DNA from: Vitrella brassicaformis CCMP3155 | Lineage: Eukaryota; Protista; Chromerida | Reading direction: 5' to 3' | NCBI GenBank assembly: GCA_001179505.1 | Contig: CDMY01000624.1 | Coordinates: 124,001 to 188,000 of the forward strand | Length of the DNA: 64,000 nt | Shown here: positions 23,335 to 34,785 of the stretch, piece after piece | Position numbering within the stretch: the stretch's first letter is position 1 | Layout of the letters: every line of letters begins with the position of its first letter | Position numbers and translations under genes: made by a program | The notes under the pieces: generated by a model | What the model was told of the DNA's origin: nothing | Database searches by the model: none | The model's input: the letters and a program-made list of their open reading frames with translations, nothing else

Positions 23335-26300
23335 GAGATCTTGCTTTGCTCTCACCGATAATCAATCAGGGTTACAGCAGCACCCCCGCGCTGCTGACGG
23401 CCTACCGTGTGCCGCACGACGCAGAGATGGAGAAGCGGCAGATGGACAGTGAGATAGAGGCGGAGCTGCAAGAGGCCTACCAGGAACACATCGACACCTA
23501 CGGCAACGACCAGCCATTCGACTCAGCCGCACACCGGTGGGCAGCGCACACACACACCCATCCATCCATCCATCCACCATCCTTGGGCGTGTGCCTCAGG
23601 TCTTCGATCGTGTCTCGGGTGGAGCGGAATCGTCGGCCGCCCGGTGCGCCCACATACGTTTTCACGCTGGACCTGTCGCAAGGTGTCAGCCGGCAGACCA
23701 GCGACGGCAAGCCTCTACCGCCCGAAGAGCGCACCAGGCGTCAGAAGATCGCCGAATTGCAGGTGGGTCGCCCCACCGACCCATCCCCCATCCATCCATA
23801 CATTCGCCCACTCACACAACACACATTTTGTGTGTGAGCCAGGTGTCCGTGCGGTGTTTCGTCAACGCCAAGGACGTCGGCTGCACGAGCAAACACGCCC
23901 TGCAGTTCCCGTCTTTCTCCACCTCCCCCGGCCTCTCACACCCATCCACTGTCCGCGAGCGCCTCATGCGGCCGCCAACGCCCATCGTCTCACCAAGACT
24001 CGGCAGCAGCACCAGCCGCTCGCGTGACACGCCCAGAGATAATATGACTGCTAGGGGGAGGGGGGGAGAGAGAATGGCTATGGGAAGCAGTGGTGGTGGT
24101 GGCTTGGAGGGCGGGGAGGGGCTGAGGGCGCCGGTGCTGCATCAGTTTGTGCAGCTGCTGCACACCATGCCCAAGGCCGTCAAGCTGCAGGTAGGTCGGT
24201 CAGAGGCCGCCATGGATGGATGCGTGTGTGTGTGCTTGTCTGTGTGTGTGTGGATGGATGGATGGATGGATGGTAGGTGTATCTGGGCACCAAGTCCTTC
24301 CTGGCGCAGCCCTTCAAGAAGATCGGCGAGACCTTCGTGGACATCCCCAACGTCCTGGAGCCCTCCGTCACACACCCCACAGCCATCCGAAGACACCTGC
24401 AGTTCACCTCACCCAAGCCACAGCAACAGCCCGCCTCGGCCTCCGCCTCTTCCCCACTGCAGGCAGGCGCATTGCCGTCATCCACGAGTGTTGTGCCGGG
24501 CGCTCGTCATGACAGCGGGACGGTCGACGTGCGCATTGAGTGGCACGCCGGCAGGGGGCGGGGGAGGGCTGACGGCGGGGTGGGGGTGGCGCAGCTGCCG
24601 CCAGAAATGGCCAGGGAGATGCACAAGCGACTTCACGCAAGTGAGTCGGCACAGAAAAAGGCCGGCCGTTTCCTGCCATCTGTCCATCTGTCCATTTCTG
24701 TGTGCAGGGAAGCCCCCCGCGCTCGACAGCGTCCTCTCCTCGTTCAAGTTCGACCCCCACGACCCCGACAACGCCCTCACCGCCCCACACCCACCCGCCG
24801 CACCCTTGGCCATCCAGCCCCCCCTGACCCCCACCACCATCCGCACCACCAAGCCACCCACACACCGACGCCAAGCAGCCACCGACTACCGGCAGGAGCT
24901 CCTCTGCAGCCTGTGCGACCCGCCGTTGATCGACCTGCACACACAGAGTGTGAGTGAGAGCAAGGTTGGCGGTGGTGGTGGTGGTGCTGGTGGGGGTGAG
25001 GGCGTGAGCAGGGAGGTGGGTCCCCTGATGGACAACCGGCGGATTGCCCGGCTGCGGGAGAGGGCGGAGACCAATGAGGAGGGATTTCTGGCCGTTCCCT
25101 CCTTCGAGAGAGAGATAGAGGTGCGCACGCACGCAGAGAGTGGGTGGGAGGTTCTCCCTCTTACTCTAACTCTGTCTCTCTCTTTCTTCTCTCACTGTGT
25201 GTGCGACTCATCCATCGGTCGATCCACCGACCGACAGGTTCACAAGGAGGACGACCTGTCCACCGCGGCCTCCCTCTTCCCCTCCCACCCCCTCTCGCCC
25301 TCCCCCGACCACGCCCATGCCCAACAGCAGCAGCAGACCCCAGAGCAGCCCGATCTGGCCTCGTTCATCCAACGCATCAGGCAGCGCACCCGCAAGAAGC
25401 TCGCCGTCTTCCGCACTTCTCGCCTCCAGTACAGCAGCGTCATCAGCGAATACGGCTTCGGCCCGGGCGGCGGCGGAGAGGGCCCTTCATTCCTCCACCT
25501 CGTCAAGCGCGCCCTGGAGCCGGCGAGGCCGCTGCGGCCGCATTTCGAATCGAGGAGGGCGGTGCCATCGGCCCGGGATGCGACTCTGTTTGTGCAGCTG
25601 GTGAAGGTGGCCAATCTGCCGAAGAGGCGGCGTGATTGGGAGGTCGGCGGGAGAGGGGGGGGAGGGGCGCGGCCGAGTGGAGAAGGTAGGATGCTTGGTG
25701 GCTTTGGCAGTGGTGGTGGTGGTGGTTTCTATGAGCCCCAGCCGTCCATGAGCAGGGACAGGATCGGTATGTGCACTGCGGGGGTGGGTGCCTGTCCCAT
25801 TAATGTGTCAGTCAGTCTTTGTGTGTGTGCGGGTCATGTCATGTTAGGTGCATTCGCCCCTCCTTTTGAGCGTTCGTACTCTGGCGTGCTGACGCACGCA
25901 CCCACCACCCCCACGAGGTCACTCTTCCTCTCTCAACAAGGCGGCCTGGGACCAACCACGCCATACGGTCGCCCCCTGTCCCCTCCCATACCCACACACA
26001 CACAATGCACTCCCATCTGTGTGTCTGTGTCTGTGTCTGTGTGTGGTGTGTGCAGGTGGCATCAGCGTGCAGTACCCAGGTGCCCCAGGTGGCCTCTCCC
26101 CGATAATGGAGGGCCCACAGCTGTCGTGCTGTGTGGTGGTGGAGGTGCGCATGGCCAACATGGACGGCCAGGAGGTGTGGGTGCGCAGCGACGGGGTGGA
26201 CGTCGGCAGGGGGGAGGGCTGGATGGCCGAGAGTGACGCCGACGTCAACCAGCTGCTGACGCTGCCTTTGATTGGGGGGGTGGACAAGACTGTCGAGCAG

Positions 26301-28394
26301 CTGGCGAGCTTTGAGGGCAAGGTGTACTTCAACGTATACGACCAAGTCGTCACAATGAGGTCGGTACGACGGACGGACGGATGGATGGATGGACGGATGG
26401 ATGTGCGTGTGTGTGTGTGTGTCGCGTCACTCCACCCGCACTCTTTCAGTGCGGCTGACGAGCGCAACACTCGCCGGTCTGTGGTCGACACGGAGCTACG
26501 TTACCTGGGCACCTTTGCGCTGCCGTGGAGCACCCTCTACCACTCCCCCCCGCGCATCGAGGGCAGGTTCCCAATCGACCGACCCACATGCCTCATCGGT
26601 AGGCACACCTACCTACACCACCATCCCACATAGACCACGCACCACACACATCACACAGGCCACAATGCGGCTGTGGATCGGATCGTCAGGCTATGAGTTC
26701 TGCTACCCGAGCAGTCCTTCTCAAGTGCCGCTGGCGGCCGGGCAGCCGATGCTGCCCCATCAGCAGATGATGAGGCCCACCCCCCATCCGCCACGGCACC
26801 CCGTCGCTGCGCACCCACTGCCCACATTCCTGTCTCTCGTGGTGTCCGTCGACCCACTCCTGCCCGCCACGAAGCGGGAGGAGGCCGATATCTACCCCGG
26901 CAAGGAGACTAAGGCTCTGCTGGCTCATGTCAGCCGGTATGAGCATGAGATACAGAGAGAGAGAGAGAGAGAAAGCGAGAGAGAGAGAGAGAGAGGTGGG
27001 GGAATGCATCTCATTGTGTGTGTGTGTGTGGTGGGTTGCGTCGGGGGACAGGTGGATGCGCACGTGTGCTGGTTTGGTCAAGGCCCCGGTGGCTTCGCCC
27101 TTCTCGCGGGTGGCCAAGGCGCTGGGCACCGACATGCATGGCCACAGCGTGCTGGTGTGCCGCTACGTCCACCCACTCAGCCCACCACCGGATGTGACCT
27201 CACTCGACGACCCACTCGCCATCGAGAAGGCCGCGGCGTACGTGGCGCTCATCCCTTTCCTAGAAGACTACCAAGTGCGCAGTCACTCCCTGTATTCCAC
27301 AAAGCACAACGTGTGTGTGTGTGTGTGTGGTGGTGTGTCAGGTGTTTCTGGGGTCGACCGACCTGTGGCTGAGCCCGCAGGAGTTCATCGACCTCGGCTG
27401 CAGCGACTGGGAGGAGCACGCCATCCTCCTGTGCAACTTGTTCAACAAGATCGACACACACGTGCACGACAAACGCACCACCATCACCACCACCCAGCAG
27501 GGCGCCCAGCCACCATGCCCCATCCAGTCCTATGTGGTGCTGGGGCAAGCGCTGCCGCAGGGGAACGTCGCCTACGTCATGAGACAGGTGGGAGGGCTGG
27601 GTACAGGGGCGGGCGTCTGATGGATGGATTTGTTTGTTCATCGTGTGTGTGTGTTGGTGGCAGGGTGATGACGGTGCGTGTGAGCTGTGGCAGCCTGCGT
27701 CTGGGGCGTGCTACTTCATCCCGCCGTACAGGACACGCAAACACCCACACGGAAAGGTACAGGTGGGTGCACTGGGGGTGCGCTGGTCACACACATAATG
27801 CTCGCCACTCTCTCTCTCTCTCTCTCTCTTTTTCTGCGCGTGTGTGTGTGTGTGGTGTCAGGGGTTCCTGAAGAAGCCTTCCGGCACCACCATGACACTC
27901 CCCCCCAGCACCCCTTCCCACTACCCCGCCACGGCCGCCCCCGCGATGCCCGCTTCCCTCCCCAAGTGTCCCCTGCAGTCCGTCGACGTCGTCTTCAACC
28001 ACACAAACGTCTGGTTCAACGCGCAGCAGCCCTCCCCGCCCACACAGAACAGCCCCACAAGCCAGGCGGCCTCGTCAGTGTACGAGCTGGACATGGATCT
28101 GTCCAACGCCTCCAAGTGGCGGCCGCTGTTTGCTGTGGACAAGAAGGACATCACCCCGGGGGAGCGGGACAGGCGTCGGTTCTTCCCGCCCAGAGGGGTG
28201 GTGGAGCCGCTGTGTGTGGAGCCGATCAGCTATGGGGCCGGGGCTGGTGGTGGTGGTGCTGGTAGTGGTGGCGATGAGGGGTATGCCCGCATGCTGGAGA
28301 GGAAGCTGCAGACGCGGATTGAGGCCAAGATGAAGGACTACCGGACGTCCGGCGAGTAAGACTGACTGACAGCGAGACCGATACATCTGTATCC

Positions 28395-28440
<46 letters not shown>

Positions 28441-29097
28441 GTGTAGGTACGGTCTCCCCCCGATGGCCATCGTCTTCAACCGTGAGGCAGGCCGCCTCTT
28501 CTACGACCTGCTCGACACATTTGAGCGCCACCGCTGCACCAAGGCAGCCGAGATGAGACGGCACTCCACCGTCACTCTCACCCAACAGCAACCACCACAG
28601 CAGCCACAGCAGCAGCCACAGCCGCTGCTTCCGCCGGGTGACAGTGGTGGGGTTGCGAGCCAGGCGGTCCTTGAGGGCGAGCTGTACGGGGCGCTGGACC
28701 GGCTGGGAGGGATGAGGGCCATCACGGGGATGCCCATCCACACCACCTACACCGACTTCACCGACCTATGGGACCGAATACTCAACACCAAGGTCCGTGA
28801 AGTGTACCCGTCCATGTGTGTGCGCATCCGTCCATGTGTGTCTGCGTGTAGGTGTTGGACTCCGGCGACGAGTCGACGCCCTTTGCCCTCGCCGTGCGGG
28901 TGTTTGCGTATCCTGGGAGGCTGTACAGCGTGTGGCTGCTGGTGGCGTGCCTCCAGCCCACCATCCTGCACCCCTACGGCACCACCACAGCTGGTGGTGC
29001 GGGCAGTGAGAGGGCCAGTCAGAGACAGCCCATGGCGTACCCATCGCCCCTGCTGGCCGGGTCATCTAGGTCTAGATGGATGGCAATGGACCGATAG
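21299..29097 (+). CDS. CC2D2A: CC2D2A/MKS6-like ciliary transition-zone protein (coiled-coil plus C2 domains); start approximate
   Basis: WNDIKAIRKQQ|GYSSTP, VRCFVNAKDVGCT, a C2 domain (RYLGTFALPWSTLY...IEGRF), DLWLSPQEFIDLGCSDWEEHAILLCNLF, VFNHTNVWFNAQ and C-terminal FALAVRVFAYPGRLYSVWLLVACL match the CC2D2A family layout. Confidence 0.88.
23004..23303. other. Scaffold gap (300 N) inside a poly-C run in a CC2D2A intron
   Basis: N run flanked by C homopolymers. Confidence 0.95.
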
Positions 29098-29344
29098 GCA
29101 CGGATGGATGGAGCGGACAGGGAGGGAGGGGCTGTCTTGTCTGTGTACGTATTATAAGCTGCTCGCGTGACAGTCAAGAAATCTGGTCGGCCCCAATGGA
29201 TTCGATCTTCTGCGAGAAATGGATGTGAGTGTTTTATGATGGTATCTGCCACACCGCTTGGCGTCGTGTTTTGGCACTTTGCCCCTCATTCTCTTAAGAT
29301 GCATGCATTCATACGGGCGCGGTCAGATCAGGCTGCACAATCAT

Positions 29345-31870
29345 TTATTGTCTGTCTCGGGCGCGGCGCTCTCTCACTGGTTCCACCCAACTCAAGGGAC
29401 ACATCCACTTAAGTAACGTCCCAAAAAGCAGCTCCTGCTCAGCCCCGGAGGCAACAATGCACGGATTGACTTCCTGGTCTAAATTCTGACTCTTCAGATA
29501 AGTCTCCTTGCCCTCCACCTCAGGCTGGCCCCCTTGCAGATACACACTCGTCATCTTCACGGGCAGCCGAGGAGTGCTGGTAGGCGAAAAACTTCTGGAT
29601 GTTTCTTGTTGCGTCCCTGGTGGCTGCTGCGTCACAAGCTCCAACTGATAGCCCCACACCTCACTCAGCTTGCCGTCGTGTGCCACAAGTATATAGAAGT
29701 CGTGATTCTCGAAGGTCGATGAGTTGGGGTTCACAAGGCACGCAGTGGGGCCCTTCTGTAGTTGAGGAAACTCAGAGAATCGCTTTGAGAACCATCCGTC
29801 CTGGTCGATGGGGAGGTAAAACGAGTTGACAACATCGGCAGTGGTCTGCCATTGATTGTCTTGGACAACTCCCCCAAATTGGCATCCGGCGATAATAGCA
29901 GGCGGCAGCAGCTTGTACAGCTTGCGTGGAATCTCTGGGATGTCGAGCTTCTCACTCCTGCTGCGTAGGGCGCTTTGCAGCATTCTCAGAAGGATCGCTG
30001 CGCGACATGGCCCCTCCCATTCTTTGCCAGACCTTCTCTCGGCAATATTGAGCATCGTCAAGCCCGCGCTAATCCCTTGGAGGCCCTCAAAGAAAGGCTG
30101 GCCCACTGCTTCCAGAAGGGGAGAATCCGGAAGCGTCAGCTCCGTGAGCACACCAGCAAGGTAACAGGGCGGCCACACATGCTCCACTCTTTCTTCATAG
30201 ATCGACTCGCCGAGCTTCTTGTCGTCTGGTTGCTGCTGCTGCTGCTGTTGCTGCTGTTGCTGCTGTTGCTGCTGTTCCTGCTGTTGCTGCTGCTGGCTTG
30301 GCTGTTGATCGGCGCGTCCCTCCGTGGACTCGTGTGGCTGTGGACCGGGCTCGAAGACATCCAGTAGCGCCTCCCACGTGCCGATGTCTTCAGGTCGCCT
30401 CCCGTCGATCGCTGTCTTGATGATGGACACCAACACATTGAGCGCTGCTGATGGAGAGAGAGAGCGGCCCAAGGCGACCTCCACCTCGGGGATGTACATG
30501 TAATAATCCATCCCATAACGAGAGCAGATCCAGAGCAATGCAGGCGACCTCCCCGCCCAACAAATCCGCGAAGGACTCGCACCACACAGAGAGCTGACAC
30601 GAGCTAAGTCGTCCATTTCGATGAGAGGCAGCTGTGACCGAATGACCGTTCGCTTGCTGAGAGACTCGAGGAAGGTGGGCAGCTCATAGCTGAGGCTGGT
30701 GACATGACTGCTGAAAACGAAGTATCGCTGCTCTTTGGTGAGGAATGTGGTCTTGAGATAGCCCGCGACGTCGGACTCCCCCTTGCTGCGCGGTTTCTGT
30801 CGAGTCATGAAGCGGTTGAGCTCGTCGATGAGCAGGACGCAAGGTTGGCACCCCAGCCACTCATCGATTGTCGATCTGTCGACTCTCGTATGCTTGAACC
30901 AAATGCCAAACGTCAGCCTGTTGACGTCGTCCAGCTTTGCTGCCCGTGCCACTCTTGCTTTCGCCTCATCAGTCGCGGCCGCCCACGCTATCCTCAAGAG
31001 GACGGATGCAAGGGCTCTTCTTATTGTTTCTCCCTGGTACGGCGTCTCGTCAGCGAACGAGATGTAAATCACCGGCACGCCGTCCTTGTGCAGCCTGCAA
31101 ACGCGCACACACACACACAGAGAGAGATAGATGCCGCGATGTCAGCTGTCGGCCTTTGTCTCTCTCTCTCTCTCTCTGTCTCCCTTCAGAGGCCCCCCTC
31201 ACCGGTAGCCCAGCTCAAGCATCATCCTCGTCTTACCGCCTCTTGAATAGCGCGTGAGTGACATCGGCCGGATGCGCTTGCCCCCGGTGTCGTGGGGCTG
31301 ATGGTACTCTGGCATCAGCAGCTGGATCGCCTTGTTGAGAAAGGATTCGCCGATAAATGTGTCGGGGTCATCTCTGGTAAGCTCGGGCAGCGGCACTTCT
31401 TTTAGCTCCATAAGGTCCTTCACGTTGAGCTTGACAAAGGTTTGTCGCCCTGTGGACACAGATGCACACCATACGCATACGCACACACGAGAGAGTGCAT
31501 CCCTCGGCCTTCCTCTCTGTTCGCATGTTACCTTTCTTTGCAGGTGCTTTTTTCGACGACACACTCTGCGAGGCGCTGAAAAGGATTGTGTGTCTGTGCG
31601 TTGAGGCACGCACAAAGGTTTGCATGTGCATTCATTGTGCATGCCGTCATACGCCGTGTTCGTACCTGGTTCGTACCTGATTCCATGAGCTGTCTTTCGA
31701 CTCGCGGAGGGCGGCTCGAGCCACAGACAGGACCATCTAGAGGGATGCAGCAGCTGAAACACACGCGGGACACGCGACCATACGTAGTCCGCCCATCCAG
31801 CCAGCCAGTGTACCTGATGGCGTTGGCTGCTGCCAGCCTTCCACACATCGCGGCGCATGCCCACAGCCGT
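29345..31870 (-). CDS. Crinkler(CRN)/RHS-like protein: P-loop NTPase plus C-terminal PD-(D/E)xK-like nuclease; 5' end unresolved
   Basis: Walker A-like TRYSRGGKT (~31232-31258) is spliced in phase to a ~1.75 kb exon. That exon has Walker B CVLLIDELN, the strand RYFVFSSH, the motif GKEWEGPCRAAILLRML and the REase-like FENHDFYILV...WGYQLE. Confidence 0.75.
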
Positions 31871-32609
31871 CATGGGCTTCTGGCTTGGCACTCTAACGAA
31901 GGCATCGGATGCGCGCGACCATCAAAACGAACCACAAGACGCCGGAAAGACCAGAAGGAGCCATTCCGCAGTCTGCGACGGGCGTCGTCAGCAAGATGGC
32001 AGCGCACAAGCGGATCACTAGACGAACCTTTCACCTGTCGACACACAGTGGAGATTGGAACTGAATGGGCCAGCAGACGCACACTCTTTGCTCAACATAC
32101 GGGAGAGGGGAGAAGTCAGATCAATTCGCCGTTTGTGAGCACCTGAATGAATGAACGAACGGAGAGAGATGATTCGCCCATTGGTTGGCGGATGTGTCCG
32201 TTTCTGTCATCGTAGGCACCTGCGCTCTTAGTGCTTCATGTTCTCCCATCGATTCCCGCGAGAGCTCGGCCTCCAGCTCGCAAGCGGCGGAGGAGGGAGA
32301 GAGGGGGAAGAGAAACCGCCCCCGCAGGCGTGCCGCAGCCACACGTGACTGGAGGCTGCACAAACACATAGATCTGTTCTCGTTCTCATAAATTCACAGC
32401 CCCGGGGCCATGAGCACGACGTCAGCTGCTTTTGGTCTGGCGTTCGTGGCTGACGTGGCAATTGGCGCAGCGATGGCTGCCGGTGAGCATGGAAATGAGA
32501 AGGGTGGATGAGCATGAGTATTGAGCAGTGAGGGAGCCGAGCACAGCTAAATGTGTCTGCTCTGTTGTTTGCAGGTGTGCTTGCAGGTGTGCTTGCTGCT
32601 GACCGAGCA

Positions 32610-34011
32610 ATGGCGGCCGCAGCTGCAGCGGCTGACTGGTTCGGTCGTTTCGTTAATCGCACGGCCAGATCCAACCGAACGCTCCGGTATGAGGTCGGCA
32701 CTCGTGTGTGGATGGTAACGGCCGAGCGGGACAAGGGCAAGCAGGAATGGGTGACGGCGCGTGTCTACCGTATCGAGCCCAGGGGGCAGCACTGCACGGC
32801 AGTGTATGTCAAGGAGGCTGGGGGGAGGGGGGAGGTCTTCAAGCCCGTCATCGTGCCTCACAGGGCCAAGACGCCATCGCATAGCCAAGAGGTGCGTACG
32901 CCTCAACACATGTCAATTGGTCGGGTGGCCGGAGGCTCCATCCGATGCGTGTATGTGTTGTGATGTGTGCAGGTGTATAACAGCTTCACATCAGTCGATA
33001 GGGCGCGGGATCAGCCTGACGGCCAGCACACTGGCCTGTTGGACGTGCCCCAGGATGTCGAGAAGGACATTCTCTGCCCCATGCTCAGCGGGGACCCCAC
33101 CATTAGCCGCCTCAGCCGCCAGCACGCGGACATATACCTGAGGCAGGAGATCGACGGCCTGCTCGTCGCCAAGGGCCTTAACGGCATCATCACCATCTCC
33201 CCTAACCTGACATCCATCGGCCTCCTCCAGCGGCTGGTGTACATCATCGAGAAGAGCGGCGAGTGGGCGGCGATGGTGCGCATTGTGAGAGTGGCCAAGC
33301 ATCAGGGGCGGGTGGAGGGGCGGTTGCCGATAGAGTTGGGCAGTGGTGATGTGCAGGGGGTGGGCAGCCGGGCCGTATTCGACGGGAGGTGCGAGGCACT
33401 CCGGCAGCTCTCGCTCATCGCCCACCACATCGGTACCACTCGATGTGCTCGATGAGTGAGGAAGATGACTAGAATGATACACACGCACGCTCACGATATG
33501 TATGTATGGGTGTGCCGGTCGGTCTCCGACATGTCTGTCATTGTCTGATCAGCATGCATTTCGGAGGGTCGCAGGTCACGAGCCAGTATGTATTCCAGCA
33601 CGAGGATCCCACAAGCTGCAACCGACTGGTCAGGCACATAAGTACAAACTCATGAGGTCCTCCCTCACCAGCTGCCCCACTCACCCATGTTTCTCTCTGT
33701 CCCTTTCTCTGCAGCGGCCGCTCGCCACTCAGCAGCCCCCCGTGTGGAACCGCCACACCATCAGCTCGCGCCGCGGCGACCCGGGATACTTTGAGCGCAC
33801 GATAGTGCTCCATGGCGACCAGCCCGACCACTCATTCGAGGCACATCTCCACACCTTCAGCTGCCCCCACTATGCCTGGGTCTACCTCTACACGACGGAG
33901 CGTCCCGTGGCGGGCGAGGAGGGTGCGGCCCGATTCCCACAGGCCGTCCAGGTGGTGCGTCAGGTGGTGGGGGCGGACGACCAGGGGGTGTTCGGCGGCC
34001 TGCTGGCGTAG
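32610..34011 (+). CDS. Lineage-specific protein: N-terminal Tudor/Agenet-like beta-barrel, F-box-like motif and the shared family C-terminal domain
   Basis: RYEVGTRVWMV...EWVTARVYRIEP; LLDVPQDVEKDILCPMLSGDPTISRLSRQHA; final exon ...VYLYTTERPVAGEEGAARFPQAVQVVRQVVG...GGLLA stop. Middle exon boundaries are uncertain. Confidence 0.7.
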
Positions 34012-34785
34012 CCGTAGTCTATCTACTGATTCATTCATCCCTCAACTCTCGACTGTACCTACCGGTGCCCTTCCGCCAAGACTAGCAAATGGGGTATAGT
34101 ATAGAATGGTACCTACTAGCTATTTAGTGTGTGATTGTGGGAGTAGATGGCCTGCCTGCCTGCCTGTCTGCCTGTCTCTCTGTCTCTCTGTCTGCCTGGC
34201 CATAGCAGCAGATGGCCGGCAGCCGGGTGCATGTGATGTGCGAGGCCAACAGATGGTGGACGGATGCATGATGTGATGTTATGGCTGCCTGTCTGCCTGT
34301 GGTCTCGTTCTGTATCAATGCATGGGCGCTGGGGTGGGCGAGGGGGCGTCTCGAATGGACTGACAAACTGTCTGCATGCCAGCTTGCGGGTGTGTGTTAA
34401 CGCATGTGTTACGAATTCTGCAGGTCCATCCATCCATCCATCCGTCTACATCCCCCTGTCGATGTACACGCCCACACTCCCAACAGGCACCGAGCTATAC
34501 ACAAACACGACCATTCGTCCATGCCATCGACTGCATTCCATGGTGGCGGTGAAGGGAGTGAGGGAGGGAGAAGAGTCCAGAAAGTAGCTAGGGCCGCACA
34601 CAAACGCCCCCCGCCCTGCAAGGGGAGGGAGGCAGGGAGGCTCTAATATCGTCCATCCATCCATCCATCTCTACAGCAGCCGTGCCTGCACACACAGCCG
34701 GCCAGCTGATTGAATGGATCAAATCAACCGATGCTCACACAGAGAGACAGACATTATCTATATGGTACAAACAAACAGAGGCGCC

